The notes below the pieces were generated by a model that was not told the DNA's origin, ran no database searches, and saw nothing but the letters and a program-made list of their open reading frames with translations. A stretch of DNA of 64,000 nucleotides from NCBI GenBank assembly GCA_050952125.1, contig JBMNKK010000003.1:7952-71951 (forward strand). Direction: 5' to 3'. Source of the DNA: Bacillota bacterium (GTDB lineage Bacteria > Bacillota > Sulfobacillia > Fermentithermobacillales > Fermentithermobacillaceae). Made by a program: the position numbers and the translations under genes. Positions 56,154-64,000 of this stretch are shown here, piece by piece. Numbering within the stretch: the first letter of the stretch is position 1; every line of letters begins with the position of its first letter.

Positions 56154-56197
56154 CATCGGTCTTGTCAAATGCACCACCGGCCAGGCGCCGGGCGGCT

Positions 56198-58237
56198 TTA
56201 CCAGTGTCCCAGTCCGTGCGAACAGATCCCGGTGGGGGTTTGGCCCTTAACGAAGTACTCGGTATACACGGTTTCGGCAGGGCAGAACGGTCCCGGCAGG
56301 AGCCCTGTATCTTTGCATATCTTGAGGGCCGATATCCCGGCAGGCACCTCGAAGGAACCCGTCTCATCTTTGGCGATCTCCTTCATCATCCTGCCCCAGA
56401 TGAGCGCCGGGTAGCTTCCGCCGGTTATCTTCCACTGCTTCATCGTCTTGCCCTGGTCAAATCCCATCCACACTATGCCGACCGTAGACGGGGTGTAACC
56501 TGAGAACCAGGCATCTTTCCAGTCACTGGTCGTGCCGGTTTTTCCCGCGGCCGGCTTGCCTATGTTAGCCGCCGATCCCGTGCCGTGGTTGACCACTCCC
56601 TGAAGCATGCTGGTCATGAGGAAGGCCGTTTCCTCGGAAATCGCCAGCGCGCGCTTGGTCGTATTCTCTTCCAGCACCGTGCCGTTCTTGTCTTCAACCC
56701 TGAGGATCGTTATGGGATCGACGCGGATACCGCGATTGGCCAGCGTTCCGTAGGCGACTGCCATCTCAAGAGGTGACACACCGTAGGTTAGCCCGCCCAT
56801 CGCCAGCGATCTTGTGTAGTCGTTGCGCCCGTCGGGTGTCCTGTCCTTCACCAGCGACGTGATTCCCATCCTCTCGGCGGTTTCCACGCTTTTCTCTATG
56901 CCGACCATATCCTGAACCTTGGCTGCTATGACGTTCAGCGACTCCTGCACGGCATAACGGATGGTCACCGGCACACCTGAAAATGTGCCGCTGTAGTTCT
57001 GGGGCGAGAATTCCTCTCCCGTGACTGGGTCGACCCACGTGACGGGCGTGTCCTCTACGAGAGTAATCGGAGTGATGCCTGACTCCAACGCGGGAACGTA
57101 GACGGCAAGCGGCTTGAACGCTGAGCCCGGCTGCCGCTTTGTATCTACGGCTCTATTCCAGGCTAGCATGCCTTCGTGCTTGCGCCCTCCAACCATAGCC
57201 AGTACGTGTCCGGTATCGGCATCCATGACCACTGCAGCGGCCTGCATGCTTTCCTGATCCACGTACGGGAAATCTTTATCCAGAGTGTCGCTTATGGCTT
57301 TTTCCATCGCTCGCTGCGCTTCAGGGCTGTACGATGTGTACACCCTGAGCCCGCCCCCGTACACCATCTCCGACGGGTACTTGGACAGGAGCTGCTTCAG
57401 CACGTAGTCGAGGAAATACGCGCCTTCGCTGCTCGACTCCGCGTCCCGCGGGATCGTTTCCAGCGGCCTCTGTTTGTACTCTTTGGCCTCTTCGGCCGTT
57501 ATGAACTCGAACTTAGCCATCAGGTCGAGTACCAGATTGCGCCTTGAAAGGCCGCCCTCCGGGTTGTCCGCCGGATCGTAGAGATAGGGTCCGTTGATGA
57601 TGCCTGCGAGGAACGCGGCCTCGTCAACCGTGACATCCCTTATAGACTTGCCGAAGAAGGCTCTCGCCGCCGCTTCGGGCCCGTATGTCCCGCGGCCGTA
57701 GGGGATGTAGTTTACATACATCTCCAGGATCTCGTTCTTTGTGTATTTCCTCTCCAACATAAGGGCAACCATGGCATCCTGGATCTTGCGGAGCCAGGTC
57801 TGAGAGTCGGTGAGGAACGCTTTCTTGGCTAGCTGCTGTGTGATCGTGCTGCCGCCTTGGATGTTCTCGTCCTCGTCTTTCGTGAGATTGTGGAAGAGCG
57901 CTCTCGCAATTGCCCTCAAGTCAACCCCGATATGGCTGTAGAACCGGTCGTCTTCCACGGATAAAACCGCATTCTTGAAGTGTTGGGGCAGTTCGTCAAA
58001 CGGGACCACTACCCGGTTCTCGGTGGAGTGGAGCTCGTGCCACAATTGGCCGTTTCTGTCATAGACAAATGAAGTCTCCGATGGTTTAGGCTCAAGGTTG
58101 GAAAGTGCCGGCAGGCTTTCTCGGGCTTCTTTTACCAGGTATAGGGCAAATCCGCCTCCTGCCAGGGCCACGACCAGGATGGTATATAGAAATATGTCTA
58201 GCCAAGGTATTCTTCTCTTAGATTTCCTCTTAGCCAT
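56198..58237 (-). CDS. Class A penicillin-binding protein (PBP1A-type bifunctional glycosyltransferase/transpeptidase).
   Basis: N-terminal TM, GT51 motifs (EDDRFYSH, GGSTITQQ) and transpeptidase motifs (SAFK, SLN, KTG). Confidence 0.9.
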   Translation of the reverse strand: MAKRKSKRRIPWLDIFLYTILVVALAGGGFALYLVKEARESLPALSNLEPKPSETSFVYDRNGQLWHELHSTENRVVVPFDELPQHFKNAVLSVEDDRFYSHIGVDLRAIARALFHNLTKDEDENIQGGSTITQQLAKKAFLTDSQTWLRKIQDAMVALMLERKYTKNEILEMYVNYIPYGRGTYGPEAAARAFFGKSIRDVTVDEAAFLAGIINGPYLYDPADNPEGGLSRRNLVLDLMAKFEFITAEEAKEYKQRPLETIPRDAESSSEGAYFLDYVLKQLLSKYPSEMVYGGGLRVYTSYSPEAQRAMEKAISDTLDKDFPYVDQESMQAAAVVMDADTGHVLAMVGGRKHEGMLAWNRAVDTKRQPGSAFKPLAVYVPALESGITPITLVEDTPVTWVDPVTGEEFSPQNYSGTFSGVPVTIRYAVQESLNVIAAKVQDMVGIEKSVETAERMGITSLVKDRTPDGRNDYTRSLAMGGLTYGVSPLEMAVAYGTLANRGIRVDPITILRVEDKNGTVLEENTTKRALAISEETAFLMTSMLQGVVNHGTGSAANIGKPAAGKTGTTSDWKDAWFSGYTPSTVGIVWMGFDQGKTMKQWKITGGSYPALIWGRMMKEIAKDETGSFEVPAGISALKICKDTGLLPGPFCPAETVYTEYFVKGQTPTGICSHGLGHW

Positions 58238-58432
58238 TTCGCGTACCCCCAGGGGGTTGATGTTTGGTGCTCATACTAAGGTAGACGTCCATTCGGCGCT
58301 GTTCGGTCCCACTATTATAACATCTTCTGAACCGCTCTTTGCTGCTCCTGTCGGTACGGCGCCTGTGCCGGTAACGCAGCGTACAGCGCAGCTTGGGTTG
58401 GCGCGGCCACCATAGTCCTCGCAGGCTTTAAG

Positions 58433-58441
58433 TGATATAAT
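58433..58441 (+). promoter_or_regulatory. Extended -10 promoter element TGaTATAAT about 35 nt upstream of tyrS.
   Basis: Seen in sequence. AGGAGG RBS at 58459-58464 and a TTG start at 58474. Confidence 0.4.
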
Positions 58442-58473
58442 TCCTGGAAAACGTGGCGTAGGAGGAACTCCCC

Positions 58474-59704
58474 TTGGAAAACCTTGAGGCGCGAAGACAA
58501 GTCGAAATTCTCGCTGACCGGGCTGAGACCCTGGTTACCAAGGAGGATCTCTACGAGAAGATCAAGCGCTCCCTTGAGACCAAGACCCCGATGAAGGTCA
58601 AACTCGGCGTGGACCCCAGCGCTCCCGACCTGCACCTTGGGCATGTTGTCGTCATGAAGAAACTCAGAGAGTTCCAGGAACTGGGGCATGAGATCTACTT
58701 CATAATCGGAGACTTCACGGCGATGATAGGAGACCCCAGCGGGAGGTCGACAACGCGAAAGCAGCTTTCCATAGAGGAGGTCAGGGCAAACGCGGAGACT
58801 TATCGCCAGCAGGCCACTCTAATCCTCGATCCGGAAAAGACGCACACCGTGTTCAACAGCTCCTGGCTGACTCCTATGAACTTTGTGGATGTGATACGCC
58901 TCGGGTCGAAATTCACAGTTGCGAGAATGCTGGAGCGCGACGATTTTCAGAAGAGGTACCAAAAGGGATATCCAATCGGTGTCCACGAGTTCATGTATCC
59001 TTTGGCCCAGGCCTACGATTCCGTGGCTATCGAGGCTGACGTAGAGCTGGGCGGCACCGATCAGACTTTCAACTTGCTGGTAGGCAGAAGCATTCAGCCT
59101 GAGTTCGGGCAGAAGCCCCAAGTTTGCCTTACGCTGCCGATTCTAGTCGGCCTGGATGGGGTCCAGAAAATGTCCAAGAGCCTGGGCAACTACGTGGCAG
59201 TGAAAGATGAGCCCAAGGACATGTTTGGGAAACTCATGTCTATCCCCGACGCTCAAATGGGCACTTACTACAGGCTTGTGCTTACGGAGAGCGAAGATTG
59301 GGTGAAATCGTTCCAGCGTGACCTGGATACCGGTAAGCTGCACCCAATGGATGCCAAGATGGACTCTGGCCGGCCGGATTGTGGAGGAGTTCCACGGCGC
59401 GACGGCAGCGGCTGAGGCAAAGGCCGAGTTTCTGCGCGTATTCCGCCAGAGAGAGATCCCGAGCGAGGTCGATGAGGTGCGCCTGGAGGATGCGAAGCAG
59501 GGTGAAGAGATTGGCCTGGCTCGCCTCGTTTCGTCGTGCGGGCTTGCCAGCTCGTCCTCCGAGGCAAGGCGCCTGGTGAAGAGCGGGGCTGTCAAGGTTG
59601 ACGGGGTGAAGATTGACACCGAGTCCGCTACCGTGACATTGAAGGACATGATGCTTCTCCAAGTGGGGAAGCGGCGCATCTGCAGGGTCAGGGTAGGTAA
59701 GTAG
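58474..59704 (+). CDS. tyrS: Tyrosine--tRNA ligase, reading frame interrupted by an apparent single-base indel at about 59358-59375. The catalytic/anticodon part is in frame 1 and the S4 domain in the +1 frame (ORF 59318-59704).
   Basis: HIGH (DLHLGH) and KMSKS motifs in frame 1. ...LAGRIVEEFHG... and the S4 domain continue seamlessly only after a -1 nt correction near AAGATGGACTCTGGCCGGCCGG. Confidence 0.85.
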
Positions 59705-59749
59705 CCGGATCGGGCCGGACGAACATAGCGCAGAACCTAATTGCATATA

Positions 59750-59787
59750 ATGAGGAGCTCTTTCCAGGGGGAGGGCTCCTCATTTTT
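59750..59787 (+). terminator. Rho-independent terminator after tyrS (AUGAGGAGC...GCUCCUCAU + UUUUU).
   Basis: 9-bp stem and T-run seen in sequence. Confidence 0.55.
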
Positions 59788-59799
59788 CGCAGGAGAAGG

Positions 59800-60444
59800 T
59801 TGCGCACCGCCAATGCCGGTCTACGCCCCGGCGTCAAGCTCGGGCTTTTCTTGGTTTTGGCCTTGATGCTGCTACTTTGGATTCTCCTGGTTGCCGAGCG
59901 GTCGATCGTCCCTACTCTCGTAGCTATCGCCGAGTCTGAAGTGGACCGGATCGCCAACGAGGTACTCGTAGATACGATCAACGAGCACCTGACATCGCTG
60001 CTCAGGGGTAAAGTTTTGCTGGAGTTCGAGACGGGACCGACAGGCGACCTTCTGTACGTGCGCACCAATACCGCTGACTTAAGCAGGATCCAGGCAGAGG
60101 CTCTCGAGGTGCTGCAGAAAGCAGTTGACAACCTTGACGAGTTCACCATTAGGGTGCCGCTCGGCCAGACACTCGGCTCCAAGCTGTTCGCGCCGGTTGG
60201 CCCGCGCATCCCTATCCGGGTCGTTCCTTACGGATCCGTTCGCGCTCACATCATCGATTCGTTCGATGTAACCGGGATTAACCAGACACGCTACAACATC
60301 TCGCTCCGCGCGACTTGCTCGGTGCGAGTGATCATCCCTCTCTTGTCGGCCCGGACGGAAACGGTTACCGACATCCCCCTTACCACGGTTCTCATCCCCG
60401 GGAAAGTGCCTGATACCTATCTCACACTGCCTCCGGCGCAGTAA
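59800..60444 (+). CDS. yunB: Sporulation protein YunB.
   Basis: N-terminal TM followed by YunB-family sequence. TTG start with AGGAGAAGG RBS. Confidence 0.65.
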   Translation: MRTANAGLRPGVKLGLFLVLALMLLLWILLVAERSIVPTLVAIAESEVDRIANEVLVDTINEHLTSLLRGKVLLEFETGPTGDLLYVRTNTADLSRIQAEALEVLQKAVDNLDEFTIRVPLGQTLGSKLFAPVGPRIPIRVVPYGSVRAHIIDSFDVTGINQTRYNISLRATCSVRVIIPLLSARTETVTDIPLTTVLIPGKVPDTYLTLPPAQ

Positions 60445-60463
60445 AGGAGAGCGGAATCCTTTT

Positions 60464-61249
60464 ATGTGTTGGTATAATGAGCCGACAGGACATATTGGGA
60501 GGGTGATCGCCGTGGAAAAAGCAGACCTTTCCGTCAGGGTGGAGCGGTTGGTCCGGTGGATGAGGGATAGGGCCTCCGAAGCTAACGCAAAAGGCGGAGT
60601 CTTCGGAGTTTCCGGCGGCCTGGATTCCGCCCTGGTCTTGGCGCTCGCCAAGAAAGCCTGGGGTGATAGCTGCTTGGGGCTGATCTTGCCTTGCCATTCC
60701 TTGCGTGAGGATGTAGACGACGCGCTGGAACTTGTCCGGATGTTTGACTGCCCGCACCGCGTTATCGACCTCGGCCCTACATACGAGGCTTTGGTATCAT
60801 CGTTCGGCGCCGGGCCGGAAGGGCCGGTGAGCGCATTGGCGCTGGCGAACATCAAACCCCGGCTGAGGATGATCTCCCTCTACTACCACGCCAATCTTAT
60901 GAACTACCTCGTGGTAGGCTCCAGCAACCGCGACGAGATCTACGTGGGATACTCGACCAAGTACGGCGACGGTGGCGTGGACATTCAGCCCCTTGCTTCC
61001 ATGACGAAAGGTGAAGTGAGGGAGATGTCTTCGTACCTCGGGGTCCCGCGGAGAATAGTCGAGAGAGTACCTTCGGCCGGGCTATGGCCAGGACAGACCG
61101 ACGAGCAGGAGATGGGGATTTCGTACGAGGACCTTGACGCTTACCTCTTGGGACGGCCCGTACCGGAGGACGTCAAGGGAAAAATCCTGCGGCGACACAG
61201 GAACTCCGAGCACAAGAGGAGAATGCCTCCGTCCCCGGACTTCGTTTAG
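60464..61249 (+). CDS. nadE: NH3-dependent NAD+ synthetase.
   Basis: PP-loop SGGLDS; about 260 aa. Confidence 0.9.
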   Translation: MCWYNEPTGHIGRVIAVEKADLSVRVERLVRWMRDRASEANAKGGVFGVSGGLDSALVLALAKKAWGDSCLGLILPCHSLREDVDDALELVRMFDCPHRVIDLGPTYEALVSSFGAGPEGPVSALALANIKPRLRMISLYYHANLMNYLVVGSSNRDEIYVGYSTKYGDGGVDIQPLASMTKGEVREMSSYLGVPRRIVERVPSAGLWPGQTDEQEMGISYEDLDAYLLGRPVPEDVKGKILRRHRNSEHKRRMPPSPDFV

Positions 61250-61260
61250 GAGGGTTCACG

Positions 61261-62007
61261 ATGGCAGGACATTCAAAATGGGCAACCATTAAGAGGCATA
61301 AGGCCAAGATGGACGCGGCCAGATCAAACGTTATCTCAAAAGCGCTTAAGGACGTCATGTTGGCGGCTCGCCACGGGGGAGGGAACCCTGACGGCAACTT
61401 CCGCCTGAAGGTGGCCATTGAGAAAGCCAGAGCGGCAAACGTTTCCGTCGACAGCATCAACCGGGCGATCAAGCGAGGTACCGGCGAGGGCGGCGACGGG
61501 GCAGCGGTTGAGGAGCTTACCTATGAGGGCTACGGGCCGGGCGGCACCGCGGTTCTCGTGGAAGCGGCCACCGATAACCGGAACAGGACCGCCGGCGAGG
61601 TACGGTTCATCTTCTCGAAGCACGGAGGCAAACTGGCCGAGATAGGAGCCGTCTCGTATCTGTTTGAGGATAAGGGCGTCATCGTCATTGAAAAGGGCGA
61701 TCTATCCGAAGATGACGTGCTTGAACTGGGCATAGATGCAGGCGCGGAAGATGTCAAAACTGAAGACGACGCGTACGTGGTCTACACGACTCCTTCAGAG
61801 CTCGACTCCGTTAGGCAGCAGATCGAGAAAGCCCCGGGAGTGAAGATCACTTCCGCGGAAGTGGATAAGCTGCCTATGACCACGGTGTCGGTTGAGGGAG
61901 AAGACGCTGAAAAGGTAATCCGGCTGTTGGACGCTCTGGATGATCACGACGACGTCACCAAAGTCTATTCCAACTTCGATATGCCCGAAGAGGATTCAGG
62001 CTCATAA
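61261..62007 (+). CDS. yebC: YebC/PmpR-family DNA-binding transcriptional regulator.
   Basis: MAGHSKWATIKRHKA... is a canonical N-terminus. Confidence 0.9.
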   Translation: MAGHSKWATIKRHKAKMDAARSNVISKALKDVMLAARHGGGNPDGNFRLKVAIEKARAANVSVDSINRAIKRGTGEGGDGAAVEELTYEGYGPGGTAVLVEAATDNRNRTAGEVRFIFSKHGGKLAEIGAVSYLFEDKGVIVIEKGDLSEDDVLELGIDAGAEDVKTEDDAYVVYTTPSELDSVRQQIEKAPGVKITSAEVDKLPMTTVSVEGEDAEKVIRLLDALDDHDDVTKVYSNFDMPEEDSGS

Positions 62008-62066
62008 GGCGCGGCGAATAACCCCTCACTTACCAGGAAACACTATGTTTCCTGGAGTGATAGAGA

Positions 62067-62675
62067 TTGGCAAGACCACCGGGGAGCGTCTACAGAAAGC
62101 TGGTTACGGCGCTTCTGATCCTGTGCGGGGCGGCCAGTTCGGTCATCATCGGGAGCATGCTCCATAGGGACGGTCGCCTCAACATCCCGTTCTTCGCCGG
62201 AGCTGCGGGAGCCGTGAAACCTCCCGTTCGAGTGATCTACGTGACCGAGTTCCTTGACTGCGGCGACGAACTCCGGGAAACCGAAAGCATATCCCCTGAC
62301 GACTTACCCGTTCTTCTCGAAACCCTATCGCCTGACTGGACCGTAGCCAAGAATACCGAAGGTGAAGTCCGCCTTTGGCGCGGGGTCCCGGGATACTGCG
62401 GGACACACCACCGTCAAAGGTTAATAGCTCTGTATAGGGGCCACATCTGCGTCTTCCGGGGGCGAGAGAAGAACCCCGATTTCATCGTGCAGGAGCACCA
62501 CGACATACGTGAAGTCGACCTCTTTCCCGCAGACAGGGAGTACCTCAAGAATGGCAAGGTGATCGATGTAGACGCGCCCGCGCCGGAAGGAGCGCCCGGG
62601 CTGCCCGACGATCAAGTAGATGACTGGTTCCGCGAGCGCCTGAAGAGAGAGTTGGAAGGGATAACGCTGGACTAG
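62067..62675 (+). CDS. Hypothetical secreted/membrane-anchored protein, possibly BofC-like (forespore checkpoint factor).
   Basis: N-terminal TM. The motif ...IALYRGHICVFRG... resembles the Y-x-G-x-I-A-V-F-x-G motif of BofC C-terminal domains. Located next to ruvCAB, as bofC is next to ruvA in B. subtilis. Confidence 0.3.
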   Translation: MARPPGSVYRKLVTALLILCGAASSVIIGSMLHRDGRLNIPFFAGAAGAVKPPVRVIYVTEFLDCGDELRETESISPDDLPVLLETLSPDWTVAKNTEGEVRLWRGVPGYCGTHHRQRLIALYRGHICVFRGREKNPDFIVQEHHDIREVDLFPADREYLKNGKVIDVDAPAPEGAPGLPDDQVDDWFRERLKRELEGITLD

Positions 62676-62686
62676 GTCGAAGTCGT

Positions 62687-63207
62687 GCGCGGGGGTAATA
62701 ACCGCGCGTATCCTTGGAATCGATCCCGGCACCGAGCGAACCGGCTGGGGAGTTGTGGAATCTAGAGGACACGACTTCACCGCTCTCGACTACGGGTGCA
62801 TCATAACGAAGAAGGAAGACGGCCTCCCGGCGAGGCTTTTGTCTATTTGGGAGCATCTGAACTCCATAATTGAGAAGCACGCTCCCGAGGTTATCGCAGT
62901 TGAGGAGCTTTTCTTCGCGAAGAACGCCACCTCGGCCATTCACGTGGGGCACGGGAGGGGCATCTGTCTTCTGTCAGCCGCCACTCACGGATTGCCGGTG
63001 GAGGAGGTCACTCCCCTCCAGGTCAAATCTTCCGTCGTCGGCTACGGAAACGCCACTAAAGCGCAGGTCGGCACAATGGTCCAGAGGATACTCGGCCTTG
63101 CCAAAATCCCTAGGCCCGACGATACGTGCGATGCCCTTGCCATCGCGATCACTGCATGCACCAAGAGATCCTTTAGTGCTCGCTTAATCAAGGGGAGAGA
63201 GACATGA
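62687..63207 (+). CDS. ruvC: Crossover junction endodeoxyribonuclease RuvC. The ORF track starts at 62756; the conserved ILGIDPG N-terminus lies upstream, so the start is GTG 62687 or a nearby non-AUG codon.
   Basis: Upstream in-frame translation ...ARILGIDPGTERTGWGVVES is the canonical RuvC N-terminus. The frame is open back to TAG 62675-62677. Confidence 0.8.
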
Positions 63208-63800
63208 TATCTCAGCTTACAGGCACTTTGGTCGACCGAGGCAAGGACACCCTGGTTATTGAGACCGGCGGGATAGGTTTTGAGGTCTACGTCACGGAAG
63301 AGCTTTCCGGCGCCTTTTCCCTGCACGATAGGGTTCACCTCTTCACCAGGCTAATCGTCAGGGAAGACGCCTGGAGCCTTTACGGATTCCGCACCCGGGA
63401 GGAAAGGGCTTGCTTCGATCTTCTGCAGACCGTAAGAGGAGTCGGCGCAAGAGTGGCGTTGGCTGTGCTTTCCAGGATGGCTCCCCAGGATTTCTACAGG
63501 GCAGTCATCTCTTCGGACGAGCGCTATCTCACCTCAATACCGGGAGTGGGCAAGAAGACGGCGGCACGGATCATACTGGAACTCCGGGACAAGATAGGGC
63601 TGGGGCAGAAGGAAGAGGCTCTCGCCAAGTCCTCAAAGATTGCCAGAGATGCCAAGGAGGAAGCTCTTGAGGCTCTACTCGCGTTAGGATACACCTGGCA
63701 GGAAGCCCGGGATGCTTTGGCGAACGTTAGTTTGGACGACCCTAAGACCGATTTGGAGACCGTGTTGAGGGAGGCCCTGAGAAGACTTGCCCGAGTCTAG
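63204..63800 (+). CDS. ruvA: Holliday junction branch-migration complex subunit RuvA.
   Basis: [10 protein letters not shown]... is a canonical N-terminus. 198 aa. Confidence 0.95.
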   Translation: MISQLTGTLVDRGKDTLVIETGGIGFEVYVTEELSGAFSLHDRVHLFTRLIVREDAWSLYGFRTREERACFDLLQTVRGVGARVALAVLSRMAPQDFYRAVISSDERYLTSIPGVGKKTAARIILELRDKIGLGQKEEALAKSSKIARDAKEEALEALLALGYTWQEARDALANVSLDDPKTDLETVLREALRRLARV

Positions 63801-64000
63801 AGACCTCATATCCAAGGAGAAGCAGTTTGAGGACGAGCTGGACGAAGAGTCGCTGCGTCCCAGATACCTGCCTGACTACATAGGGCAGGAGATAGTGAAA
63901 GACAACCTTAACGTGTTCATAGAAGCCGCACGCCAGCGCGGCGATGCTCTTGACCATATCCTCCTTTCCGGCCCCCCGGGATTGGGAAAGACCACTCTCG
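63787..64000 (+). CDS. ruvB: Holliday junction DNA helicase RuvB (partial, continues beyond the window). Probable TTG start at 63787 overlapping the ruvA stop.
   Basis: ...[50 protein letters not shown] contains the Walker A and the RuvB N-terminal region. Confidence 0.85.
   Translation, partial: MPESRDLISKEKQFEDELDEESLRPRYLPDYIGQEIVKDNLNVFIEAARQRGDALDHILLSGPPGLGKTTL

Noticed and set aside
58238-58473. T-box leader upstream of tyrS (GGGTTGGCGCGG resembles the T-box core).
   Set aside because: There is no downstream terminator/antiterminator, and an extended -10 promoter lies only about 35 nt from the tyrS start, leaving no room for a T-box leader.
59744-59749. TATAAT hexamer inside the tyrS-yunB intergenic region as a yunB promoter.
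   Set aside because: It overlaps the tyrS terminator stem and lacks a plausible -35 or TG extension, which is too weak to call.
1-64000. Mobile elements, prophage, integrase/transposase genes, tRNA/rRNA genes.
   Set aside because: No transposase/integrase-like ORFs or inverted terminal repeats were recognised. No tRNA cloverleaf candidates or rRNA signatures were seen in intergenic regions.

Overview
The window is a 64-kb chromosomal segment from a high-GC (about 60%) Firmicutes/Clostridia-like genome; Bacillus-like gene order and several sporulation genes point to a spore-former. It splits into three parts.

(1) Positions 1-22.5 kb are an accessory carboxylic-acid metabolism island. A sigma-54 enhancer-binding protein sits between two outward-facing -24/-12 promoters. 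On the minus strand these would drive a fumarate-lyase-family lyase, a PrpD/MmgE-family protein, a two-subunit class I fumarase and a malic enzyme. On the plus strand they would drive a split UxaA-type dehydratase with two tandem large-subunit paralogues, a TctCBA tricarboxylate transporter with a LarA-like gene inserted between tctC and tctB, and an ArsB/NhaD permease. The plus-strand array is followed by a convergent bona fide LarA (nickel-pincer racemase family) gene, a divergent LysR regulator and two tandem fused aconitase-family paralogues.

(2) Positions 22.5-39 kb are a mixed region. It holds a roughly 820-bp non-coding stretch packed with at least four families of short direct repeats, followed by an XRE-family regulator with six C-terminal protein repeats. 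It also contains a wHTH protein with a DUF559/Vsr-like C-terminal domain, an M29-like peptidase, P5C dehydrogenase, a THEP1-type NTPase, an Fe-siderophore/cobalamin-type ABC importer with a DUF364 protein, a divergent [FeFe]-hydrogenase, and several hypothetical genes.

(3) Positions 39-64 kb are core housekeeping genes in Bacillus-like order: ytxC-like, T-box, thrS, infC with a non-AUG start, rpmI, rplT, trmH-like, T-box, pheST, polX, an L,D-transpeptidase, mutS2, a PBP1A, tyrS with an apparent frameshift, yunB, nadE, yebC, a BofC-like gene, ruvC, ruvA and the start of ruvB.

No rRNA, tRNA, CRISPR array, transposase or integrase was recognised. All functional calls are from motif and domain recognition by eye; no database search was possible.
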